Assembly: GCA_045105515.1 (NCBI GenBank)
Contig: JBGCDR010000158.1
Span: forward strand, 1-28,978
Source of the DNA: Oligoflexales bacterium
GTDB taxonomy: Bacteria; Bdellovibrionota_B; Oligoflexia; Oligoflexales; Bog-1112
DNA length: 28,978 bases
Direction of reading: 5' to 3'
Positions 1 through 8,635 of the stretch are shown here, one piece after another. Numbering within the stretch: position 1 is the stretch's first letter; every line of letters starts with the position of its first letter. Made by a program: the position numbers and the translations under genes. The notes beneath the pieces are model-generated. The model saw only the letters and a list, made by a program, of their open reading frames with translations. It did no database searches and had not been told where the DNA came from.

Positions 1-473
1 TTGCGCGCATGGGCACCCCCAAGATCTTTTGATTTTCCGACAATTATAGCCTTTTTAGAGAAACTGGGGAAATTCGCTAAAGATTATAGTGCTCTAAGCC
101 TTACACACAAAAGCGGCGGTGTGTTTCCAATCAGGCACTAAGTACTTTATCAAGTATTACTACAGCAAGTGGGCAGAAGTTCTTAGAGTGGGATGTTATT
201 GGGGGCAGTATTAGTATTTCAATTTACACCCCAGATTTAAATGATATTAATAGTGAATATTTCTGCTTTAAGGAGCCGTGTGGAGAGTCAAAGAAAATAG
301 ATTGGAAGGATGCAGGAGTAGTTTTTTATAAAATTGATCCTGCGACAGCATATCATATTCCAGAGGGAATTATGGCTATCAATGATCAAAAGTCTAGGGC
401 GAATAGTCAGAGAGAAAATATTGATCTTGCATCCTGCAAGGAGTTTTTATTGTCCAGAGCCGGGATATCATAA
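1..473 (+). pseudogene. 3' part of a hypothetical protein gene, apparently split by a frameshift near 124-126
   Basis: Frame 1 is open from the window edge to TAA at 139-141 (LRAWAPPRSFDFPTIIAFLEKLGKFAKDYSALSLTHKSGGVF...). Frame 3 is open from 90 to TAA at 471-473 (...SNQALSTLSSITTASGQKFLEWDVIGG...KEFLLSRAGIS*) with no early start codon. One extra base at GTGTTTCC would join the two. No family recognised. Confidence 0.4.
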
Positions 474-650
474 CAATGGTTTCTTTAACCTCTGTTGATA
501 GGAATTTATTATGAACCAGGCATTTACCTAGTCCGGAAATAATTTGGAAAATTTAATGTAATGGATCACTAAACTTTTTATGTGTCACAAACTTGTGTAT
601 CGTCTAGCAAATATCTACTGAGCTAAAATTCTCATAGTGACTAAGCGGTT

Positions 651-1619
651 TCATTGATCAGTCTTCTTCTTACCCAATCCGTAGTGACCTTCCGTTGTTG
701 TAACAATTTTTAGTTCTTGAAAGCCAGCTTCGGTAAAGAGCTTTTCAAAATCTTGTTTGGAATATCGGTGATTGACTGGAGCCAATAACCTGTCTTCTAA
801 GTCTCCAATTATACTGGATATATCGTTTCCCCAATGCATAGGGAATTTATTCCCAAGTTTTCTGGTTATCGGAAAAATTTTTAATAGTTGTGCAGGCCAA
901 GAGAAGAATAAAAGCATAAAAGGTGCAAGAAAATAACAGATTTTCTTGCCCATATTATGAGGAATATTTTTAGTAATTCTCATTATAATGTTTTCGCCTA
1001 TGACTCCAATCCATTTTAAAAAATTATCTTCATGGTTTTTATAGAGGTAAATACTTAGCTTCCCCCCCCTTTTTAACACTCGGTGTGCTTCTTTCATACA
1101 CTTTTGAGGTGAAGGTGTGTGGTGAAAAACTCCAAACGAAACTATTGAATCTATACATTCGTCTTGAAAGGGTAGATTTAATGCGTCACATCTCACATAT
1201 CTGATGTTCTTGACATTTCGATCTCTGAAACCGAGGCTGAAAAGATTTTCTCCAAGATCTAATCCGATAAACTCTTTAGCTGGAGATTTATTTGCTGCAT
1301 TGTAAAGATCATACCCTGGGCCACAACCTATCTCCAATATAGTATTCCCAACATATAGATCCTCCCCGAAATGCTGACGCATCTTATCATGATGCCAGGT
1401 TTCTGGGATAGAGTTGCACTCCTTGTGCAAATTTTCACCCCAGTTTTCTACCGCTCTTTCGTAGCCAAAATCACTTTTATTGTAGTCAACAAAATCTACT
1501 ACATTTTCATGGTAGATATAAGATTTATTAGCTTTATCAAATACAACTTTGTCTTTAAATACACTACACTTGGAGTCCCCTGTTCGTGGACAACGAATGA
1601 TTTCCATAAGTGCGCTCAT
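651..1619 (-). CDS. Class I SAM-dependent methyltransferase (Methyltransf_11-like)
   Basis: Motif I ILEIGCGPG, acidic GLD, CDALNLPF, VFHH, HRVLKRGG. ATG at 1619 (MSALMEIIRCP) preferred over the track's TTG at 1655. Confidence 0.88.
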   Translation of the reverse strand: MSALMEIIRCPRTGDSKCSVFKDKVVFDKANKSYIYHENVVDFVDYNKSDFGYERAVENWGENLHKECNSIPETWHHDKMRQHFGEDLYVGNTILEIGCGPGYDLYNAANKSPAKEFIGLDLGENLFSLGFRDRNVKNIRYVRCDALNLPFQDECIDSIVSFGVFHHTPSPQKCMKEAHRVLKRGGKLSIYLYKNHEDNFLKWIGVIGENIIMRITKNIPHNMGKKICYFLAPFMLLFFSWPAQLLKIFPITRKLGNKFPMHWGNDISSIIGDLEDRLLAPVNHRYSKQDFEKLFTEAGFQELKIVTTTEGHYGLGKKKTDQ

Positions 1620-1700
1620 AGAATTGATTCCAATTATAAGGTTTTGGCCAAGCAATTGCTGATAGGTTTTATTACTACCATAACATAGGTAAAATATATC

Positions 1701-2756
1701 CTACCACTTGAAACGAACTAAGTGTAAGTCTTGATAAAAAGAAGGAGCACTGTCTCTGAAGCTTTGGGGCAGATCAGGCCAAGTGTGACATTCTAGGCTA
1801 GCTCGTTTTAGTCTTGAAACGACTTTTTCAATGTTATTCTTACTGCAGTAAAAAGGATATCCTAAGGGGCTCGTATTTTGTGGTAAGCTCTGGTAGATCG
1901 GCTCTATAGGGCTTGAAGCAAGGGCTTGCTCAGCTCTGTGGTACAGTTCTCTACGTCTAGTTACTTCAAAATTTGGATCTAGTGTTGAGAGATCATGTAA
2001 AAATGTTAAATTTTTATCATCGCTGACAGGGATCTTATATTCAGAGTCAGGACTTGATGTAATCATAGGGTTACCACTTCGAATTTTACGGAGCATGCGT
2101 ACTAGTTTTGAAGACAATAAAATATGTTGGTTACCAAGCAATGGCGAAAATATCCGCATAACATTTCTTTTTTGATAGGTAAGCGGAAACACTCCAATAG
2201 GCATTTGATCTGTAGTAATATTATGCCTTTCCAATAGGTTTGGGTTATTGACAACAAATGCAGACCCATTTCGAACAGGGACGACTTTTCTGAAACTGAA
2301 TATTCCAATATCTCCCCGGAATCCAAGAGGACATTTGTTTTCATCAACACTAAGAAAACCGTGAGCATTGTCTTCAATTACTACAGCGCCATGCTTTTTA
2401 CAGTAGAAGTGAAATGAAGCCATGTCTTGAGGAAATCCAAAATAGTTAATTGCTAAAATCAAACTTGCAGGTTCAAGGGTTTCTAGACCAATAGGCTGTA
2501 ATCTGTGGTCAACGTCATAATAAATTATCTTTAAATTTAAAATGTTTATTGGCGCTAGTAAATCTTTGCATATTAATGAAGGTAGCGCGATTTTATCTCC
2601 TGACCTGATATTTAGCAGGTTTAGAGCATTCAAAAGGCTTTCACGAGCAAAATTTCCCAGTTTAAAAGGCAAGGAACCAAAATAGTCGGTATTTAGGTTG
2701 TACTGGCCTTTCATAAAGGGGGATTGCATGTACAGCCTACCATTCCGGTAGTTCAT
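1701..2756 (-). CDS. DegT/DnrJ/EryC1/StrS-like PLP-dependent enzyme (divergent sugar aminotransferase)
   Basis: GDKIALPSLIC, YYDVD, INYFGFPQD, IEDNAHG and GDIGIFSFRK (probable PLP lysine). Confidence 0.8.
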   Translation of the reverse strand: MNYRNGRLYMQSPFMKGQYNLNTDYFGSLPFKLGNFARESLLNALNLLNIRSGDKIALPSLICKDLLAPINILNLKIIYYDVDHRLQPIGLETLEPASLILAINYFGFPQDMASFHFYCKKHGAVVIEDNAHGFLSVDENKCPLGFRGDIGIFSFRKVVPVRNGSAFVVNNPNLLERHNITTDQMPIGVFPLTYQKRNVMRIFSPLLGNQHILLSSKLVRMLRKIRSGNPMITSSPDSEYKIPVSDDKNLTFLHDLSTLDPNFEVTRRRELYHRAEQALASSPIEPIYQSLPQNTSPLGYPFYCSKNNIEKVVSRLKRASLECHTWPDLPQSFRDSAPSFYQDLHLVRFKW

Positions 2757-2774
2757 TTTATCACCTTTTGAGAG

Positions 2775-3560
2775 TTATATTGATGACGAGGGCTTTATGC
2801 TCCTATACAGGTTTTGAGCTAAGGGATTTCCTCTTATGTACCTTGAAAGGTTGTTTGTAAAGCTTGTCATTAAGCTGTCTGACTTGACGAAATGTACAGG
2901 AATTGCAAATGTCGCCAGTCTGCCAATATTATCTTTTGACTTCAACTTTCGAACTGCGTGTCTTAGCCTTGCGTTGAAAAACAATATACTTCCTGGTTTC
3001 ATCTGTGAATCAAGGTCAATTTCTTGTCCATCGTCTCGAATACATACTAAGCCACCTTCTTGGTAGTCTATTCCCTTAAAAGTAATAGGAATCATAAAGT
3101 GAATAATGCTTTCACCAGGAGGGCATGCGTCACGATGGATATTCAACCTGCCAATTTCTGGAGGATAGTAACTAGTTGAAATGTAAACTCCAAAATTTGC
3201 TGAGTTGTATATCAATCCTTCATCGCTAGGCTTTCCTAGAACTAAGTTTTTATATTTATGAAGCTCGACTGCCAAATCTCGGGTAAGAGAATGGGTAGGA
3301 TAGTTCCAAAGAAAATCAAAGTGTCTATGCAGACAACCGTAATAATCTGTATTTTCGAATCCAGTGAAGTTTTTTTCGCCAAGCACAAGGTTACCTCTGA
3401 CAACATATGAGTTACCCTTGTTTCGAAAGAATTTTATCCAAAAATTTTTGATTTTAAGTATATCATCAGGGTTGATAACTGATGTACCTATAAAATAACC
3501 ATCGCGCTCTATTGAGGATTGAATTTGAGCCTGAGTTGGTAAGTGACTTAGGTTAATCAT
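2775..3560 (-). CDS. 2-oxoglutarate/Fe(II)-dependent oxygenase family protein
   Basis: HxD...H triad (LNIHRD...LRHAV), YQEGGL, PGSILFFN and a distal Arg (GRLA) in the usual double-stranded beta-helix order. Confidence 0.8.
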   Translation of the reverse strand: MINLSHLPTQAQIQSSIERDGYFIGTSVINPDDILKIKNFWIKFFRNKGNSYVVRGNLVLGEKNFTGFENTDYYGCLHRHFDFLWNYPTHSLTRDLAVELHKYKNLVLGKPSDEGLIYNSANFGVYISTSYYPPEIGRLNIHRDACPPGESIIHFMIPITFKGIDYQEGGLVCIRDDGQEIDLDSQMKPGSILFFNARLRHAVRKLKSKDNIGRLATFAIPVHFVKSDSLMTSFTNNLSRYIRGNPLAQNLYRSIKPSSSI

Positions 3561-3707
3561 TCTTCACCTTTATAAGGCTGTAGTCTAGAACTTGGTTAAT
3601 ATATAATAATACTAAAATATCCTAGCATTCATTATTTGAAATACACAAGATCTATATTATTAGTATGATCGGATAACAATTTTCTTTATTCTAAAATTGA
3701 TTTTTTT

Positions 3708-4682
3708 CTAGTGAGAGATTATTTTTTTCATCGATCTAAATCCATATTTATAATAACCTTCCAGATAGGCAGCTAACTTGGTAATGTCAATGGTTAGACC
3801 AATGGCAGGAAGCATGAGAAATATTATTGGACCAGAAGAAAAGAATTTGATGTTCCTTGATTTTAAAATAGGGATCATATAGCCTCTTGTTAAGAGGTAA
3901 CATCCAGTGATTATGTACAAATAGTTGATTGATAGAACTGAAATCGCCGAAATGACTAAAACGATCAAAATATAAAGAATAGGCCAATAGTACCCTTCCA
4001 AAAATACGGAGTCCCTTCCGTAATTTCTAATCTTCTTGATCAAAGTCGCAAAATCTCTGGCATAGTTTGTTCCTAAGTATTCAATCTTCAGCTTAGGATT
4101 ACCACCTCTCTTAAAACCCGTTTTATTTAACCGGTTGACCCAATCAACATCGTCTCCCGATCTTCTTTTTTCGAGAAATGGACCAGTTTCCTTGAAAACC
4201 AGCAGTTCCATCAAACTGCCAGGAAGAACTAATCTCGGTCTGTCATAGCCGTAGGTCTGGCACACTGCGGCTATGTCCACTGAGCCTTTTCCCTTTAGGA
4301 AGCAATAATTCGAAACAATCTGGAGCTTATGCTCCCTTAGGTGCTTGTTCTGACTTTCCAGCCAATTAAGAGGGAAGTTGAGACCGCAGTCCATGAATGC
4401 AATTAGATTGCCTGATGCTAGAGAGGCTCCTACATTTCTCGAACTGCTGGGATAACCAGTATTTGCTCCAATATTTTTGAAAATTATTTTGTCGCTATTG
4501 GACTGAATCCACTCATCTATAATTTGATACGAACTGTCCGTTGACCCTGAGTCAACTAATATTACTTCGTAAGGCTTCAATGTTTGGTTTGCAAATTTTG
4601 ATAAGGTTTTTTTAATGGTTTCAGATTCATTCCAGTATGGTACGACCACAGAAATCTTATCAGTCTTCAAAACGTGCTCCAT
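3708..4682 (-). CDS. Family 2 glycosyltransferase with C-terminal membrane segments
   Basis: ISVVVPYWNE, VILVDSGSTD, SRNVG, IAFMDC, GDDVDW and a hydrophobic C-terminal region. Overlaps the upstream dehydratase stop. Confidence 0.9.
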   Translation of the reverse strand: MEHVLKTDKISVVVPYWNESETIKKTLSKFANQTLKPYEVILVDSGSTDSSYQIIDEWIQSNSDKIIFKNIGANTGYPSSSRNVGASLASGNLIAFMDCGLNFPLNWLESQNKHLREHKLQIVSNYCFLKGKGSVDIAAVCQTYGYDRPRLVLPGSLMELLVFKETGPFLEKRRSGDDVDWVNRLNKTGFKRGGNPKLKIEYLGTNYARDFATLIKKIRNYGRDSVFLEGYYWPILYILIVLVISAISVLSINYLYIITGCYLLTRGYMIPILKSRNIKFFSSGPIIFLMLPAIGLTIDITKLAAYLEGYYKYGFRSMKKIISH

Positions 4683-5697
4683 TACGCCAAGATAGATATT
4701 TAGAAAACCACTCGATCGTTTTGCTTAGCCCATCTTCAAATGACGTTGAAGGTTGCCAGTCAAAATCCCTTCCAACTTTTTCGCTATCCATATATTGGCA
4801 TTTTATTTCGCCTTTAGTTTGCTTCTTGGACATTAATTTGAGGATTTCATCAAGTTTAGGTTTTTGGTTCATCAAGGTAAAAACTTTTTCAACAACTTCT
4901 TTAACTGAGCGAGGGTGATTTGAGCCTGCATTATAGATTTCCCCAAAATGCTTCTTTTCTAAGGAAAGAGAGCCACTCATCGTCATGTAAAGGTCACAAA
5001 CATCTTCAACGAAGATATAATCCCTTTTCTGACTACCATCTCCCCTGGGTATGAAATCGCTGTATCCCAATGCCGAACGAATACAGTCTGGAATGAGTGC
5101 TGAAAAATTTAACTGTCCTGGGCCATAAATATTCGAAAATCTTGTAACACAAAGGGGAAACTGGTAGAGATCACTTGTATATGATTGAGCAATCATGTCA
5201 CTGCAAGCTTTAGAAACATCATATGGGAACTTGGGAATTAGGGGATAATCTTCTTTATACGGCATTTTATTTTCAGGATATTCTCCATAAGACTTATCAC
5301 TAGACGCAACAATAATGGAGTCTACTAGGATCCCGGACTCTCTAATTGCTTCCAAAACAGTATATGTTCCTCTGATATTTGTTTCCCAGGTTAAGTAAGG
5401 AAGCTTGGCGGCGACTCCAACTTCTACCTGTGCGGCTAAATGGAAGCAATTTTGAATATTATGGTCGACAAAAACTGACTTCATGAACTGGAGATCACAA
5501 ATGTTTCCGCTTTCTATTCTTATCTTTCTATCAATTTCGTTAAAGTACAACAAAGATGTTTTTGCTTTGGATCGCTCAATGCCAACGACATTAGCTCCTG
5601 CGCTAGTAAGCTTCTTAGCTAAATTGCTTCCGATAAAACCAGATATACCGGTGATCAGCACATTCCTGCCGTTCCAAAAGTTAGTGTTTTTTAACAT
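4660..5697 (-). CDS. NAD-dependent nucleotide-sugar 4,6-dehydratase/epimerase, CDP-glucose 4,6-dehydratase (RfbG)-like
   Basis: FWNGRNVLITGISGFIGS, FHLAAQ, ASSDKSYG, catalytic YDVSK, RFSNIYGPG, RDYIFVED. ATG at 5697 directly follows the upstream stop at 5699. Confidence 0.85.
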   Translation of the reverse strand: MLKNTNFWNGRNVLITGISGFIGSNLAKKLTSAGANVVGIERSKAKTSLLYFNEIDRKIRIESGNICDLQFMKSVFVDHNIQNCFHLAAQVEVGVAAKLPYLTWETNIRGTYTVLEAIRESGILVDSIIVASSDKSYGEYPENKMPYKEDYPLIPKFPYDVSKACSDMIAQSYTSDLYQFPLCVTRFSNIYGPGQLNFSALIPDCIRSALGYSDFIPRGDGSQKRDYIFVEDVCDLYMTMSGSLSLEKKHFGEIYNAGSNHPRSVKEVVEKVFTLMNQKPKLDEILKLMSKKQTKGEIKCQYMDSEKVGRDFDWQPSTSFEDGLSKTIEWFSKYLSWRNGARFED

Positions 5698-5698
5698 G

Positions 5699-6406
5699 TT
5701 AATATGCCTCAATTCGTTTTATAAAGTATTCTATATTCTTTTCAGCTTCATCTAGTTCTTTAATGGTATTCACGGTTATGTGAGATCCTTGATGGAGAAA
5801 TGATTTGAGCTCATTTTTTCGGATTTTATCCTGCAAATACTCCACAAGATCATTATGCTCAAGGATAGATTCAAAATGATTCTTACTAAAGTAGTAGTAA
5901 CCTATGTTCATCACTTCCTCTAGCAGTGGTTTCTCTCTAAAACTCAAAACTTCGCCTATTTTGGAAGTTCTCATTAGGCCAAAGGGGATCCGTAGCTGAT
6001 AAGAGGTAATAGTCAGTTGTTCTGGATTGCTGTAGTGAAATTTCCTAAGCTCTTGAATGTCAACATCAGCTAGAGTGTCTCCATACGCAAGAATAAAATC
6101 TCCTTTAATCAGTTGCATCCCTCTTTTGATTCTTTCAATAATTGAGACATCTCCATTATCTATGACTTCGACCTCTAAATGCTTTAGGTTTTTTTCCACA
6201 TAAGTCTTTATAACTTCCGATTTATATCCTGCTGCAATGACAAATTTATCGATCCCTTGCGCTTGAAAGTGCTGAAGCATATAGTCCAAAATTGGTCTTT
6301 CACGGATTTTGACAAGCGGCTTTGGTATCTTTTCTGTCATTGGTCTTAATCGTTCACCCTTCCCGCCGCAAAGAAGCAATGCTTTAATGTCTCTCATCCT
6401 GTTCAT
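5699..6406 (-). CDS. Sugar-1-phosphate nucleotidyltransferase (glucose-1-phosphate cytidylyltransferase RfbF-like)
   Basis: LLCGGKGERLRPMTEKIPKPLV signature, AGYK, YGDTLADVD, FREKP. Coupled to the RfbG-like gene. Nucleotide specificity is inferred from context. Confidence 0.85.
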   Translation of the reverse strand: MNRMRDIKALLLCGGKGERLRPMTEKIPKPLVKIRERPILDYMLQHFQAQGIDKFVIAAGYKSEVIKTYVEKNLKHLEVEVIDNGDVSIIERIKRGMQLIKGDFILAYGDTLADVDIQELRKFHYSNPEQLTITSYQLRIPFGLMRTSKIGEVLSFREKPLLEEVMNIGYYYFSKNHFESILEHNDLVEYLQDKIRKNELKSFLHQGSHITVNTIKELDEAEKNIEYFIKRIEAY

Positions 6407-6596
6407 ATTTTGATCCCAATTGTTTTTAAAATTATTTTGAGGTTGTTTCTCAAAAATAGCAATAAGAATTGTTTTCTTCCAACTAGCATGGCTAGCTTTC
6501 CTGTAATTTGTTTAAATGTTTCCTCAATTGTTGGAGCTTACTCTTATCCCAGCAAATATTGTCAAGTAGGCTTCGTATAACTGCTAGAATAAATTA

Positions 6597-7598
6597 TTAA
6601 TTTAGTTTGTTAGGAATAGATTTTTTGAAAGTAACTATAAGATCGTTGCCGTTATCAGAATTTTTGGATAGCCTCATTAAACTGCGATTAAAATAGAATG
6701 CTTCTAAGAGTGACATTTTTCTAAATGAACTAAGTTTGGGATAGCATTCGGCTGAATTTAGAAACATTGCAGGGTAAGAGAAGGTTTCAATAGATTCAAG
6801 TTCCAAATTGTTCAACTTTATGTAGGCCTTAAGATCTTCTGGGCGGAAATGGTATAAATGAACAGGAAGTTCTAGGCAGTCGGGGAAAAGTCTATAAAGT
6901 ATACCATTCATGTTAGGCACGCAAACAACACCCATTCCCCCTGGGCGCAGGTGATCATAAATAAACTTGAAGTACTTTTGTGGATCGTGAACATGTTCTA
7001 GTGACCAGTTCATTCGTATACAATCAAAAAATTGGTCTTTAGGAACTTCATCAAGGTTTTTCCAAGCAGGTATATTTTGCATTAATTTTTTTAAGGCAGA
7101 TTCTGAAGTTTCGACACCAGCAACATCATAATGCTTGCTATACGACTTTAGACTTCCTTTCATTCCAAAATAATGTGCTGATAGCCCGGAGCCGCAACCT
7201 ATGTCTAGAAACTTTGGCGAATAGGCCGAAGTTGTTTTCTTTTTAAGAAAACGATATACAGGGTCATCGATCTTTTTTCTTATCCGCAAAATTAAGGATC
7301 GAGATATTTTTGGAATATTATTAAATAATATAGCCCAAAATAGTGAGTTAGCCATTTTCGAAAGTATCTTTTCTATCCATAGGGATATCTTTGTTCGAGA
7401 TTTGTGAAAGGAATATGATTCGATATAATATTTCCCAATGGTCTCTGCATCTGGACGAGGATTTGTATAAGCTAGTCCGCAATCTTTGCAAGCTACCACT
7501 TTGAATAATTCATTTGTTGATCCATGCACTATATCAGTTTGAGACGCTACTGCATGCGCTGCCTCAGATCCACAAAGGTTACAGGGGACAGACTCCAT
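6597..7598 (-). CDS. Class I SAM-dependent methyltransferase with N-terminal Cys4 (putative Zn) domain
   Basis: CNLC...CKDC followed by NPRP, FLDIGCGSG, SLEHVHDP, LRPGG, VPN, HLYHF. Confidence 0.9.
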   Translation of the reverse strand: MESVPCNLCGSEAAHAVASQTDIVHGSTNELFKVVACKDCGLAYTNPRPDAETIGKYYIESYSFHKSRTKISLWIEKILSKMANSLFWAILFNNIPKISRSLILRIRKKIDDPVYRFLKKKTTSAYSPKFLDIGCGSGLSAHYFGMKGSLKSYSKHYDVAGVETSESALKKLMQNIPAWKNLDEVPKDQFFDCIRMNWSLEHVHDPQKYFKFIYDHLRPGGMGVVCVPNMNGILYRLFPDCLELPVHLYHFRPEDLKAYIKLNNLELESIETFSYPAMFLNSAECYPKLSSFRKMSLLEAFYFNRSLMRLSKNSDNGNDLIVTFKKSIPNKLN

Positions 7599-7718
7599 AT
7601 CTTTATCCCTATCAATGAGGTTAATTTAAAATAGTTAAGATATTAATATGGTATACATTAGTATTTTTCATGATTCACATCTATACGAAAGTTTTCTAAA
7701 GTATTTAAAATGGGCAAT

Positions 7719-8438
7719 TTATTTTCCCTTCTTAACTGTCATAGCAAGGGCTGTGGAAAAAGCCGAAGGCCATTGCCTTGAAAGCCACCTTTTTATTAAT
7801 GATCCTCCTGGAAAACGACGGAGGAAGGGGAAGTAAGAAAAGTGGTGGCAATAATTTTTTTCTGTGACAAGGTCTATTTCTTTTAGAAATAGTTTCATTC
7901 CTTTTTGCGAGAAAAATCTAATATGAGGATAGTTCCACTCTTTTGCATCGGGGAAATAATTTTGTGTATCTATATTTATAGAAAAAACAAACTTTAGGCG
8001 GTGAAAAATCGTAAAATGATTCGGAACCAATAAAAAAATAAGACCAGTATCCTTTGTTATCCTTTTTAATTCTGAAAGCAGATGTAAAGGATCGAATAGG
8101 TGTTCCAATACATCTTTGCAGATAACTAGGTCAAACTCATTATTTTCATAAGGCAATTTATCAACGCTAAAATCATTGACTTTGATTGTCTTTTTGTACC
8201 CAAGTATTTTAGCTTGCTCAAGTCCGTAGTGACTAGCATCGAGGCCGTGTAGTTCAATGCCATTGTTGTGGAGTAGACTTTTTGAGAAGAATCCATTTCC
8301 ACAGCCTACATCGCAAACTTTATAAATATCTTTACGAGTACTAAAAATATCTTCATAAATTGGCTCCATATAGTTTTTAATACCGCCAATTCTGTCCAAA
8401 TCATTTTTTGAAAACCACTCTCTTGAAACAGCAGTCAT
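7719..8438 (-). CDS. Class I SAM-dependent methyltransferase
   Basis: VCDVGCGNG, GLD, LPYENNEFDLV, DVLEHLFDP, VPN, HIRFF. GGAG lies upstream of the ATG. Confidence 0.9.
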   Translation of the reverse strand: MTAVSREWFSKNDLDRIGGIKNYMEPIYEDIFSTRKDIYKVCDVGCGNGFFSKSLLHNNGIELHGLDASHYGLEQAKILGYKKTIKVNDFSVDKLPYENNEFDLVICKDVLEHLFDPLHLLSELKRITKDTGLIFLLVPNHFTIFHRLKFVFSINIDTQNYFPDAKEWNYPHIRFFSQKGMKLFLKEIDLVTEKNYCHHFSYFPFLRRFPGGSLIKRWLSRQWPSAFSTALAMTVKKGK

Positions 8439-8575
8439 TGGTTCTCCACAGACATGAATACGGGGTTAAACCATCTTAAGATGGGAATTGTAATAATCTG
8501 CTTGGATTTTGATAGCATAGCAGATAAAGGTCCAATATTTCAATTATTTTGTTTGAGGTAGGTCCAAATAAAAAA

Positions 8576-8604
8576 TTGACATATGTAGTAACTTTATTAA
8601 TAAT
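8576..8604 (+). promoter_or_regulatory. Putative sigma70 promoter for the 8636-14195 operon
   Basis: Perfect TTGACA (8576-8581), 17-nt spacer, AATAAT (8599-8604) and an A-tract just upstream. Lies 31 nt before the ATG at 8636. Confidence 0.5.
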
Positions 8605-8635
8605 TTATGATATTTCAAAATAAAAAAGAGCAATA

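Noticed and set aside
511..531. Six-codon ORF (MNQAFT) preceded by AGGA
   Set aside because: Too short and not upstream of a co-oriented gene, so there is no support for a leader peptide.
6535..6565. Minus-strand TTGACA (6565-6560) as a promoter for the nucleotidyltransferase operon
   Set aside because: The best -10 candidate (TAAGCT) is at a 19-nt spacing, too weak to call in AT-rich DNA.
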